Below are positions 22,074 to 30,298 of a stretch of DNA of 34,818 bases, piece after piece. Under the pieces are notes generated by a model. That model was given only the letters and a program-made list of their open reading frames with translations. It had not been told where the DNA came from and did not search any database. Source of the DNA: an uncultured Lachnospiraceae bacterium (GTDB taxonomy: Bacteria; Bacillota; Clostridia; Lachnospirales; Lachnospiraceae); the NCBI GenBank assembly GCA_946630035.1, contig CAMOYN010000001.1:1-34818 (forward strand). The letters are read 5' to 3'. A program made the position numbers and the translations under genes. The stretch's first letter is position 1; each line of letters begins with the position of its first letter.

Positions 22074-23330
22074 ATGAAGGCATTCGCGAAAAAGGCCTTG
22101 GTTTGCGCCGCTGCAATTGCTATGACCATGGGGATGGCTACGAGTGCAAAGGCAGAGGATGTTACCCTTGAGTTCCAGCAGTGGTGGGGCGTTGAGCTTC
22201 CTGATGGAGCTCTGCAGGAGATCTGTGACGGATTTACCGCAGAGAGTGGTGTTAAGATTGAGCTTCTGAGCAACCCTTATGCCGATACCAAGACACAGGT
22301 TGCCGCTGGTGCTGCTACCGGTACCATGGCGGATGTTGTTGGTCTGGACGGTTCCTGGGTTTATGACTTCGCAAAACAGGAAGCTATTGCCAATCTTTCC
22401 GAGCTGATGACCGCTGACGGATATGATACCGCTCAGCTGTCGGATCAGATTCAGTATCAGGGTAACACCTATATGATTCCGGTTGTTAACTTTGCATATC
22501 CTCTGTATGTTAACATGGACATCCTGGAAGAAGCCGGTGTAGAAGCGATTCCTACCACCTGGACCGAGTTCCTGGATGCATGTGCTAAGATCAAAGAGAA
22601 TACCGATAAAGCTGCATACTGCATTCCGCTGAGCACTGAGGCTCCCAACGGAATCCAGAACCAGTTCAGCACCTGGCTGTGGGCTTCGGGCGGCACCCTG
22701 ATGAAGGATGGCAAACCCGCTCTGACCGACAACGAAATGCTGACGAAGGTTGTTGATTTCTTCAAGACCATGAAAGATAATGGCTATCTGACCGATGGCG
22801 TAGAAGCTATGAAAGAGCAGGATATGGTTAATGAGTTCGAGAACGGCCGTCTTGCCTTCATGGTAGATGGTATCTCCCATCTGACCACCATCAAGACCGA
22901 GAGCCCTGACCTGCACTTCACCTATGCTCCGATGCCCAAGGAAGATTCCTATGAAGGCCAGAGCGGTATGGACGTTGCTAACTGGGGTATCGGTATTGCC
23001 GAGAACTGCGAGCACAAGGCAGAAGCTATGAAGTTCATCGAGTATCTGATGAGCCCGGAAGTAAATGCGAAACTGTCTCAGCTGGCAAACGCTTTCCCTG
23101 GCAACAACACCGCTGCACCTGACTACTCCGCAAATGACGAGCTGTTCCTGACAGCCTTCGAGATCTTCCAGAATGGTTATGCCATCAACGAGTTCACCGG
23201 AGCTCCTACCGCAGAAGATCTTATGAGAAGCATGAACGAACAGCTGATCCTGTACTTCGACGGCGATACCGCTTCCGTAGCGGATATGCTGACAGCTACT
23301 CAGACTGCATGGGAAGCTGCTTACGAATAA
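22074..23330 (+). CDS. ABC sugar transporter substrate-binding protein (family 1, CUT1-type)
   Basis: The RBS is GGAGGT and the signal peptide is MKAFAKKALVCAAAIAMTMGMATSAKA/ED. EFQQWWG...LLSNPYADTKTQV...GLDGSWVYDFA... is typical of extracellular solute-binding family 1 proteins. Two MalF/G-type permease genes follow. Confidence 0.85.
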   Translation: MKAFAKKALVCAAAIAMTMGMATSAKAEDVTLEFQQWWGVELPDGALQEICDGFTAESGVKIELLSNPYADTKTQVAAGAATGTMADVVGLDGSWVYDFAKQEAIANLSELMTADGYDTAQLSDQIQYQGNTYMIPVVNFAYPLYVNMDILEEAGVEAIPTTWTEFLDACAKIKENTDKAAYCIPLSTEAPNGIQNQFSTWLWASGGTLMKDGKPALTDNEMLTKVVDFFKTMKDNGYLTDGVEAMKEQDMVNEFENGRLAFMVDGISHLTTIKTESPDLHFTYAPMPKEDSYEGQSGMDVANWGIGIAENCEHKAEAMKFIEYLMSPEVNAKLSQLANAFPGNNTAAPDYSANDELFLTAFEIFQNGYAINEFTGAPTAEDLMRSMNEQLILYFDGDTASVADMLTATQTAWEAAYE

Positions 23331-23373
23331 ATTGAAGTAATTCCCCAACAGTACGTGACTGCGGGGATAGAAA

Positions 23374-23410
23374 GCAGGGGCGTGCAAAAACGTACGTCCC
23401 TGCATTTTTG
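23374..23410 (+). terminator. Imperfect intra-operon stem-loop after the binding-protein gene (possible attenuator)
   Basis: GCAGGGGCGTGCA pairs with CGTACGTCCCTGC (two mismatches) and is followed by ATTTTTG. Confidence 0.4.
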
Positions 23411-23431
23411 TGAGGAGGTGAAAGCGTTTTT

Positions 23432-24313
23432 ATGAATTCAAAACTGAAGAAAACACTTACGCCGTACGGATACCTGCTGCCTACACTGATTCTGATGACG
23501 ATCCTGCTCGTAATTCCGATCATCATGGTCATCCGCTATTCCCTGTATGACAATGTCATTGCCAACAAGAATCCTGCCTTCGTGGGACTGGCCAATTATG
23601 TGACGGTTCTGTCAGATCATGATTTCTGGAATGCCATAGGACATACTTTGTTCTTCGTTATCATCAGTATCATTGCTCACATGCTGATCGGCATGACCTT
23701 TGCATTGATATTGAATACGAGATATCTGGGCGCCCGGACGAAGGGTATCTTCCGTGCAGTGTATGCGCTCCCCTGGATGTTTACGGCTTCAGTTATCGCC
23801 ATCACCTGGCGTATGGTACTGGATCCGAACGGTGTTCTCAACTATATCCTGATGACGCTGCATATCACATCGGAAAAAATAACCTTCCTGGCTTCCCGTG
23901 ATATTGCCCTTCAGTCCGTGACCCTGATCAATATCTGGTCGGGATATCCCTTCTATATGATCAGTATTCTGGCCGGTCTGCAGGGAATTTCACCGGATCT
24001 GTACGAGGCAGCAGCCCTCGACGGAGCGGATGCCATTCATTCCTTCACCGGAGTGACGATTCCTCAGCTGAAGCCGATCCTGATCAGTCTGATCATGCTG
24101 GACTTTGTGTGGACGCTGCAGCAGTTCGCTCTGATCTGGATGACCACCGGCGGCGGCCCTGTAAATGCGACAGAAACCGTGAGTACCTGGATTTATAAAC
24201 AGGGCTTTACGAAGTTCCAGTATTCCATGGCATCCACCGGCGCTGTGATTCTGTTGATTGTCTGCACCATTATCGGTATCCTGTACGTGAGACAGCAGAG
24301 AGCGGAGGCATAG
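23432..24313 (+). CDS. ABC sugar permease (MalF/UgpA-like)
   Basis: The product has six hydrophobic segments. The EAA-loop string is YEAAALDGADAIHSFTGVTIPQLKP. Confidence 0.85.
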   Translation: MNSKLKKTLTPYGYLLPTLILMTILLVIPIIMVIRYSLYDNVIANKNPAFVGLANYVTVLSDHDFWNAIGHTLFFVIISIIAHMLIGMTFALILNTRYLGARTKGIFRAVYALPWMFTASVIAITWRMVLDPNGVLNYILMTLHITSEKITFLASRDIALQSVTLINIWSGYPFYMISILAGLQGISPDLYEAAALDGADAIHSFTGVTIPQLKPILISLIMLDFVWTLQQFALIWMTTGGGPVNATETVSTWIYKQGFTKFQYSMASTGAVILLIVCTIIGILYVRQQRAEA

Positions 24314-24316
24314 ATT

Positions 24317-25150
24317 ATGATTGGACAGAAAAAATTATGGGTGAAAATTCTGATCGTAGTGATTCTGATCCTTGGCGCAATCTGGGCCGGATTCCCTGTT
24401 GTCTGGATGATTTCCAACTCCTTTAAGACCAATGCGGAGATATTTGAACTCCCGCCGCGTCTGATTACGGAGAACTTCAGCTTCACCGCCTATGCGAAAA
24501 TTTTCCAGAATCCCGAGCAGGTCCGTTTCTTTATCAACAGCTATATCATTTCCGGTATCGTTGTAATTCTGACGTTGTTTATCGGTATCATGGCGGCGTA
24601 TGCTTTCAGCCGGTTTGAATTCAAGGGCAAATCTGTGATCAACACGGTGATTGTAGCGGTTCAGGCCGTTCCTCCCATCACTCTGCTGATCCCTTATCTG
24701 AGCCTGATCGTTTCCCTGAAGCTGTTCAATACCTTCGGTGCGCTGGTTCTCACCTACCTGGTATTTACACTTCCCTACTGTATCCTGATGGTAACCGGTT
24801 ATCTCAACACCATGCCCAAGGATCTGGATGAAGCGGTAATGATCGACGGTGGTTCCCGCTGGACGGCTCTGTGGAAGATCCTGATCCCCTCGGCTATTCC
24901 CGGACTGATCTCTGTTGGTATGTACACCTTTATGCAGGCCTGGAATGAGTATCTGTTCGCTCTGACCCTGACCAAGACGAATGACATGCGCACGGTGCCT
25001 GTCGGTATCAACCTGCTGATGGGACAGCATGCCTATGAGTGGAATCAGATGATGGCTATGAGTGTGCTGGGATCTCTGCCGATCCTGGTTCTCTTCCTCT
25101 TCTTCCAGAAGTACTTTATCGCCGGTATGACGGCAGGGGCAGTGAAATAA
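24317..25150 (+). CDS. ABC sugar permease (MalG/UgpE-like)
   Basis: The EAA-loop string is DLDEAVMIDGGSRWTALWKILIPSAIPG. The product has six TM segments and the RBS is GGAGG. Confidence 0.85.
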   Translation: MIGQKKLWVKILIVVILILGAIWAGFPVVWMISNSFKTNAEIFELPPRLITENFSFTAYAKIFQNPEQVRFFINSYIISGIVVILTLFIGIMAAYAFSRFEFKGKSVINTVIVAVQAVPPITLLIPYLSLIVSLKLFNTFGALVLTYLVFTLPYCILMVTGYLNTMPKDLDEAVMIDGGSRWTALWKILIPSAIPGLISVGMYTFMQAWNEYLFALTLTKTNDMRTVPVGINLLMGQHAYEWNQMMAMSVLGSLPILVLFLFFQKYFIAGMTAGAVK

Positions 25151-26464
25151 ATGATAGACAAGACGAAGTATCAGGCAATCTATGATACCTTAGAGACAAC
25201 CATCCGGAGCCGGAACGAACGGGGCATCTACACGGCGATGGGATATTCCAGCAATCTGGATATTCTGCTGGATTTTCACGTGGAAGAGTTGAACCAGCTC
25301 CTGGAAAAACATATGAGTGGGGCAGATCTTGGACAGATGCGCCGGGCAGAGTGGATTCGCACGGTTCCGGAACTGCTGGAGACCATTGTCTGGTTCTGCC
25401 TGCATGGTGTGGGCGGAGAGGTGGACATCGAGGATCCGGCATTGATCCGAAGCTGCTTCCCCTGTAAAAACGGGGTAGGCGGTACAGCGGTGCAGGCGGC
25501 CATGGCCCTCTCCCAGGTGGGGGCGGAGTCCGTCGTCCATCTGACGGATGACTCGCCGGAACTTTGCGAGCAGCTGGTATCACCATACATCTGCGTACCG
25601 CTGGAAGACGGAAGTCTGGGCCATGCGGATGAGGTGCAGCCGAGGAACGAGCAGGAAGTCCATGTGATCCTGCAGTTCCAGAAGGGAAATGAGATCCGCC
25701 TGGGAGATCAGACGGCGGTGATTCCGGCGTCTAACCGGCTGATTCTTACCAAAAATACGGTGAATGTCACCGTCCCTTTCCGGGATTCCTATTTCCGGTG
25801 GATCGAAGATCATGCGAAGCAGGTGAGCAGCAATGTGCTCTCGAGCTTTAACTGCATCCTGGATCCGGCGGTGCTGAAGGAACGGCTCGAGTATGTGAAA
25901 CATCATATCGAAGTCTACCATCAGAGAAATCCCGAGGGAACCGTATATTTTGAGGACGCGCATTATCATGATGCGGATGTGCGGAGGCTCTGTATTGAGA
26001 CACTCTATCCTTTAGTGGATATCATGAGCATGAATGAAGAAGAGCTTGCGTATACTCTTAAAATGTACGACGTTCCGGTGGATATTGAGGATGTACTTTC
26101 CTGTGTCCGTGGTGTAGAATATTTACTGCATCGCTTCCGGATCCATAAGGGGATCGTGGTTCACACGAAAGATTACGCTATGTTTGTGGGGGACCGCGGA
26201 CAGACCGACATCGAAAAAGGTCTGGTCTGGGGCGGTTGCCTGGCGACGGCAAAAGCCGCATTCGGGGGATACGGGAATGATCTTCAGATCCGGGAGATAC
26301 TGAAGAATCCTCTCAGTGAAAAAGGCGTCCGAAGCCAGGAAATCCTGGCGGAAAGCGAGTACAAAGACCAGGTGATCCTGGTGCCGACCTGCTATATTGA
26401 CAAGCCGAAATATACCATCGGCCTCGGGGATTCCTTCACGGGAGGCATGCAGCTTTGCTTCTGA
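25151..26464 (+). CDS. ADP-dependent glucokinase/phosphofructokinase-family (ribokinase-superfamily) sugar kinase
   Basis: The product is 437 aa. The N-terminal string is AMGYSSNLDILLDF (compare GFNANVDAI in the ADP-PFK/GK family). GVGGTAVQAAMALSQVG, the SMNEEEL (NExE) motif and the C-terminal TIGLGDSFTGG are present. Its size and motif order fit PF04587-type kinases better than PfkB kinases of about 310 aa. Confidence 0.65.
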   Translation: MIDKTKYQAIYDTLETTIRSRNERGIYTAMGYSSNLDILLDFHVEELNQLLEKHMSGADLGQMRRAEWIRTVPELLETIVWFCLHGVGGEVDIEDPALIRSCFPCKNGVGGTAVQAAMALSQVGAESVVHLTDDSPELCEQLVSPYICVPLEDGSLGHADEVQPRNEQEVHVILQFQKGNEIRLGDQTAVIPASNRLILTKNTVNVTVPFRDSYFRWIEDHAKQVSSNVLSSFNCILDPAVLKERLEYVKHHIEVYHQRNPEGTVYFEDAHYHDADVRRLCIETLYPLVDIMSMNEEELAYTLKMYDVPVDIEDVLSCVRGVEYLLHRFRIHKGIVVHTKDYAMFVGDRGQTDIEKGLVWGGCLATAKAAFGGYGNDLQIREILKNPLSEKGVRSQEILAESEYKDQVILVPTCYIDKPKYTIGLGDSFTGGMQLCF

Positions 26465-26519
26465 TAACAGAGGCGTTTCTGATTTTGCTATATTTTTTAA
26501 TTCAAGGAGATATAAAACT

Positions 26520-27386
26520 ATGTTAATGAACATGAAAGACATTCTGGCGGTTGCAAAGGAACACAGATTTGCGATTCCTGCATTTAATATCAGCGACTGG
26601 TCTATGTTCCTGGGAATTATGGATCTTTGCGAAGAGACCAATTCTCCGGTAATCATCGAGATCCATCCCGATGAGCTGAGCTTTACCGGCCCCGATATGG
26701 TTGTGGGCATCCGTGAGCGTGCTATGAAATCTCCGGTACCGGTCTGCATTCACCTGGATCACTGCGGAGATTTTGGAAAGATTATCTATGCCATTCAGTG
26801 TGGTTTCACCTCTGTTATGTTTGACGGCGCCGAGCTTCCTTTCGAGGAGAACATCGCCGGTACCAAGAAGGTAGTGGAAGCAGCTCATCCGGCCAACGTA
26901 TCGGTGGAAGCAGAGCTGGGGACCATCGGCTCCACCAATCCGGCGGACCTGGAAGGCGGCGCAGCGAAGATCATTTACACGGATCCGGAAGATGCAGTGA
27001 AGTTTGTAGCGGCTACAGGAGTGGATACCCTGGCTGTTGCCATCGGAACCTGCCACGGTCTGTATCCGAAGGGAATGAAACCCGAGCTGAAGCTGGATAT
27101 CCTGAAAGACATTGCCTCCAAAGTGGACATTCCGCTGGTACTGCACGGCGGCTCCAACAACCCCGACAAGGAAATCGGTGAATCCGTCACTCTTGGCATC
27201 AACAAGATCAACATTTCCTCCGACATCAAGGCCGCTTACTTCAAGAAGATGAGAGAGGTTCTGGAGGATCAGGGTCTGAGAGAGCCGAACGAGATCGAAC
27301 CTCCTTGCATCGAGGCTATGAAGGTTGTGGCAAAACATAAACTGGATCTGTTCCAGACCACCGGAAAAGCTTCCTTATATAAATAA
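26520..27386 (+). CDS. Class II ketose-bisphosphate aldolase (FBA/TBP aldolase family)
   Basis: I prefer the ATG at 26520 (AAGGAGATATAAAACT upstream) over the ORF-track start at 26397. Motifs seen: FAIPAFN, PVCIHLDHCGD, GFTSVMFDGAELPFEENI, VSVEAELGTIG, LAVAIGTCHGLY, IPLVLHGGS and GINKINISSD. Confidence 0.85.
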   Translation: MLMNMKDILAVAKEHRFAIPAFNISDWSMFLGIMDLCEETNSPVIIEIHPDELSFTGPDMVVGIRERAMKSPVPVCIHLDHCGDFGKIIYAIQCGFTSVMFDGAELPFEENIAGTKKVVEAAHPANVSVEAELGTIGSTNPADLEGGAAKIIYTDPEDAVKFVAATGVDTLAVAIGTCHGLYPKGMKPELKLDILKDIASKVDIPLVLHGGSNNPDKEIGESVTLGINKINISSDIKAAYFKKMREVLEDQGLREPNEIEPPCIEAMKVVAKHKLDLFQTTGKASLYK

Positions 27387-27462
27387 ACTAAAATACAAGG
27401 GCAAACGGAAAATGCGTTTTGCTCCTGAAATTACAGAATCTGACCCTGCGTGATGTGGGAAC

Positions 27463-27498
27463 GGAAGAGAGGGGGAGAGATTGTTCTTCCCCTTTTTT
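27463..27498 (+). terminator. Weak stem-loop with a T tract after the aldolase gene
   Basis: GGAAGA pairs with TCTTCC around a 16-nt loop, followed by CCTTTTTT. Confidence 0.45.
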
Positions 27499-27506
27499 AA
27501 AACATC

Positions 27507-27515
27507 TGTTATAAT
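27507..27515 (+). promoter_or_regulatory. Extended -10 element upstream of the rpiR-like gene
   Basis: The sequence is TGTTATAAT. Confidence 0.35.
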
Positions 27516-27619
27516 ATTTTTCGCACAATGAATATTTCAGTTAACAGTCAGACTAATTGAATAAAACAATCGATTCGTCTATTCTGTTTTATAAAATAAG
27601 TGATCATAGAGGAAGATTT

Positions 27620-28474
27620 GTGGAAGATATTAGCATTATTGACAGAGACGTCATGGACGTCATCCGCAGGAAGTACGATGATATTTTTCCGGCCGAGAAG
27701 AAGGCCGCCGATTTTGTGCTGGAAAAACCGACGGAGGCAGTGAATTACAATGTCTCCGGTCTGGCAAAAGCCAGCGGAGTAAGCGATGCAACCATTATCC
27801 GCATGTGCCACCATCTGGGGTACACCGGGTATTACCAGTTCCGGCTGGCCCTTTCCCGGGAGCTGGGGAAGAAACAATCGAAGGTACCGGATCGGACGGA
27901 CCCGGGGAATGTGCTGCACGCTGTGTTTGAGGAATATGCCTCTACCATTTCCACCATAGGGCGGAATCTGGACGTGGAAATTCTCTGGAAATGCGTGGAG
28001 CTGCTGAAAACCGCCGGCACCGTGCACATCATCTCCATGGGAAATACGACCAACGTCTCCGGATACCTGGGTTTCCGACTGGAACGGCTCGGCGTCCGGT
28101 GCACCAATTCCGACCTGCCGGAATATTTTATCAATCATATCGCCCTGGCCGATCCCACCGACATCGTAGTAGCCATCACCAAATCCGGCTCGTCAAAGCG
28201 GGTAATCGACGCCATGAAACTGGCGCGCGAGAAAAAACTGAAGATGATCGTCATCACCGCTTACGAACACTCCCCCGCCTCCGAACTGGCCGACTATCGC
28301 CTGGACAGCCGCGGCACCAGCACCCCCGGAACCGGAGACTTCCACAAGGAGTACTCCTACCTCAACGAATTCGTGATCGTAGAAACCTTAATCAACCTGA
28401 TCGCGAACGAGGAACGGATCCGGAACCAGCAGGCAGATCGTCTCGAGATGCTGCTGGCCGAAAACAAACTATAG
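27620..28474 (+). CDS. RpiR-family transcriptional regulator (HTH_6 + SIS domain)
   Basis: The start is uncertain: GTG 27620 (AGAGGAAGA 5 nt upstream), ATG 27653, or the ORF-track start at 27557. HTH region: AEKKAADFVLEKPTEAVNYNVSGLAKASGVSDATIIRMCHHLGYTGYYQFRLAL. SIS region: VHIISMGNTTNVSGYLGFRL...IVVAITKSGSSKRVIDAMKLAREK. Confidence 0.8.
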   Translation: MEDISIIDRDVMDVIRRKYDDIFPAEKKAADFVLEKPTEAVNYNVSGLAKASGVSDATIIRMCHHLGYTGYYQFRLALSRELGKKQSKVPDRTDPGNVLHAVFEEYASTISTIGRNLDVEILWKCVELLKTAGTVHIISMGNTTNVSGYLGFRLERLGVRCTNSDLPEYFINHIALADPTDIVVAITKSGSSKRVIDAMKLAREKKLKMIVITAYEHSPASELADYRLDSRGTSTPGTGDFHKEYSYLNEFVIVETLINLIANEERIRNQQADRLEMLLAENKL

Positions 28475-28480
28475 ACTTTA

Positions 28481-28515
28481 GATGAGTCAGAAGGGACGGT
28501 TCTTTTTGACTCGTT
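28481..28515. repeat. Single copy of the GAGTCAGAAGGGACGGTTCTTTTTGACTC element, located between genes
   Basis: GATGAGTCAGAAGGGACGGTTCTTTTTGACTC is identical over 32 nt to 19083-19114. It is self-complementary (GAGTCA...TGACTC) and contains a T run, so it may also act as the rpiR terminator. Confidence 0.9.
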
Positions 28516-28533
28516 ATGACGAGGAGATAGAAT

Positions 28534-29214
28534 ATGAAAAGATCAAGAGTGAACGAGGTTATTCGGGACATGGAAAAACTCTGCAGAGAGCACGGTTTTC
28601 ATCTCCCCCCCTTCGCAGACTGGAGCGTCGAAGACTGGCAGAAAGCCGGCCATGAATACGATGAGATCCGCGACAACAAACTGGGCTGGGATATCACCGA
28701 TTACGGCCTGGGGAAGTTTGATGAAGTCGGATTCTCCCTCTTCACCATCCGCAACGGCAACCAGAAAATGCCGGAGAAGTATCCGAAAACCTACGCTGAG
28801 AAGCTGCTGATGCTCTATCCCGGACAGACCGCACCACTCCATTATCATGTCAGCAAGATGGAAGATATCATCAACCGCGGAGGAAATGACGTCTACATCA
28901 CCGTATACAATGGGACAAAAGAGATGGAAAAACTGGACACCGACGTAACCGTCCATTCCGACGGACGCGTATATACCGTACCCGCCGGCACCCGCGTACA
29001 GCTGAAACCCGGCCAGAGCATCACCATCACCCCGTACCTGTTCCACGATTTTATCGTACCCGAAACCGGCGGCTCCGTACTGCTCGGCGAAGTATCCATG
29101 TGCAACGACGATGAAAACGACAACTTCTTCTACGAACGCATGGGACGCTTCCCCACCATCGAAGAAGACGAGCCAGCCTACCACCTCCTCTGCACCGAAT
29201 ACCCCGAAGCCTGA
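28534..29214 (+). CDS. D-lyxose/D-mannose family sugar isomerase (cupin)
   Basis: It is collinear with my recollection of the E. coli O157 D-lyxose isomerase of about 227 aa. Shared strings: HLPPFA..W; LGWDITDYGLGKF; FTIRNGN; YAEKLLM...QT.P.HYH..KMEDIINRGGN; LLGEVS..NDD..DN.F; EDEPA..LC.EY. Confidence 0.85.
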   Translation: MKRSRVNEVIRDMEKLCREHGFHLPPFADWSVEDWQKAGHEYDEIRDNKLGWDITDYGLGKFDEVGFSLFTIRNGNQKMPEKYPKTYAEKLLMLYPGQTAPLHYHVSKMEDIINRGGNDVYITVYNGTKEMEKLDTDVTVHSDGRVYTVPAGTRVQLKPGQSITITPYLFHDFIVPETGGSVLLGEVSMCNDDENDNFFYERMGRFPTIEEDEPAYHLLCTEYPEA

Positions 29215-29221
29215 CCCCCGG

Positions 29222-29250
29222 CGAGCCGCCAGCGGGGACAGGTCCCGGTG
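29222..29250. repeat. Single arm of the CGAGCCGCCA-GGGGACAGGTCCC-GTGG element
   Basis: CGAGCCGCCAGCGGGGACAGGTCCCGGTGG closely matches both arms of the palindrome at 30193-30262. The core GGGACAGGTCCC is itself palindromic. Confidence 0.8.
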
Positions 29251-29273
29251 GAAAAACTCTTCGGAATACGGAA

Positions 29274-30167
29274 ATGTCCATGGAGGTCAATACTTTGAAA
29301 ATTCAATTGGAAAATGCCGGAATGCGTGCCGTCATTGATACCATGGGAGCGGAGCTTACGTCCCTGGTTCGTGACGAGCGAGAGTACCTCTGGCAGGGCG
29401 ATCCCGGGATCTGGGATCAGCATTCACCCCTCCTTTTCCCTTATGTGGGGCGGTTCACGGAGGGGCATTACCAGCTGTACGGAGTGAAATATCCCATGAC
29501 AATCCACGGTTTTGCTGCCCACAGCGAATTTAAGATCGGACAGCAGAGTGGGGATGCCGTGATATTGTGTCTTACAGACACGGAAAAAACCAGGGAGATT
29601 TATCCCTTTTGCTTTCAGCTGAAGGTCACCTATCAGTTGTCGCCGGAAGGCGTTACAACTTCCTATGAGGTGGAAAACCGGTCGGAAACGACCATGTTCT
29701 TCGGAATCGGCGGTCATCCCGGCTTCCGGGTGCCCATGGATGAGAATACAGACTTTGACGATTATTATCTCGACTTTCACCAGAAACATCCCCCCACCCG
29801 GGTCGGCCACACAGCGGCCTGCTTCCTGAGCGGCGAGGACAGAGATTTTCCGTTGAAAAAAGATCGTTACCTGCCGCTGGCCCACGATCTCTTCGATGAC
29901 GATGCGATTGTGCTGAAAAATGTATCCCGAAAGGTTTCGATCGTCTCAGAGAAGACGGATCGGCGGGTGACAATGGAATTCCCCCAGATGCCGTATCTCG
30001 GAATCTGGCACTGCCCGAAAACCGAAGCTCCTTATGTCTGTATCGAACCCTGGACCTCCCTCCCGTCCAGACAGGATGTGATCGAGGAAATATCGGTAAA
30101 GAGCGACCTGATTCATCTGGAACCGAAAGACACTTATAGGAATGGATGGACAGTGACGATAGAATAG
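29274..30167 (+). CDS. Aldose 1-epimerase family protein (LacX/YihR-like)
   Basis: Motifs seen: GAELTSL...EYLWQGDP..W..HSPLLFP.VGR; HGF; GGHPGFRVP; and CIEPWTS. The start is ATG 29274 or 29280, and the RBS is weak. Confidence 0.8.
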   Translation: MSMEVNTLKIQLENAGMRAVIDTMGAELTSLVRDEREYLWQGDPGIWDQHSPLLFPYVGRFTEGHYQLYGVKYPMTIHGFAAHSEFKIGQQSGDAVILCLTDTEKTREIYPFCFQLKVTYQLSPEGVTTSYEVENRSETTMFFGIGGHPGFRVPMDENTDFDDYYLDFHQKHPPTRVGHTAACFLSGEDRDFPLKKDRYLPLAHDLFDDDAIVLKNVSRKVSIVSEKTDRRVTMEFPQMPYLGIWHCPKTEAPYVCIEPWTSLPSRQDVIEEISVKSDLIHLEPKDTYRNGWTVTIE

Positions 30168-30192
30168 TAAAATAAAAACAGCCGATGGGCAA

Positions 30193-30262
30193 CCAATGGG
30201 GACAGGTCCCGGTGGCCGGATTTTTCCGCCACTGGGACCTGTCCCCATTGGCGGCTCGCGAA
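30193..30262. repeat. 23-bp-stem palindrome of the GGGGACAGGTCCC element between convergent genes (probable bidirectional terminator)
   Basis: CCAATGGGGACAGGTCCCGGTGG (30193-30215) pairs with CCACTGGGACCTGTCCCCATTGG (30229-30251), with one G-T position and a 13-nt loop. The flanking CGGCTCG extends the match to the copy at 29222. Confidence 0.85.
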
Positions 30263-30298
30263 GTGCGAGGAATGGAACGCAGGAACCGTCCCCCCGTT

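Noticed and set aside
22050-23405. A 451-aa ORF on the - strand
   Set aside because: It is antisense to the ABC substrate-binding protein, which has a signal peptide, an RBS and a consensus promoter on the + strand.
24335-25030. A 231-aa ORF on the - strand, and also 26523..27338 (-), 27548..28138 (-), 28543..29184 (-), 32552..33556 (-) and 34217..34738 (-)
   Set aside because: All are antisense shadows of well-supported + strand genes: a permease, the aldolase, RpiR, the lyxose isomerase, DctP and DctM.
19082-30262. A CRISPR array formed by the repeated GGGAC elements
   Set aside because: The copies are kilobases apart and occur in both orientations. They are often inverted dimers, with no regular repeat-spacer periodicity and no cas genes. 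They behave like REP/MITE-type elements.
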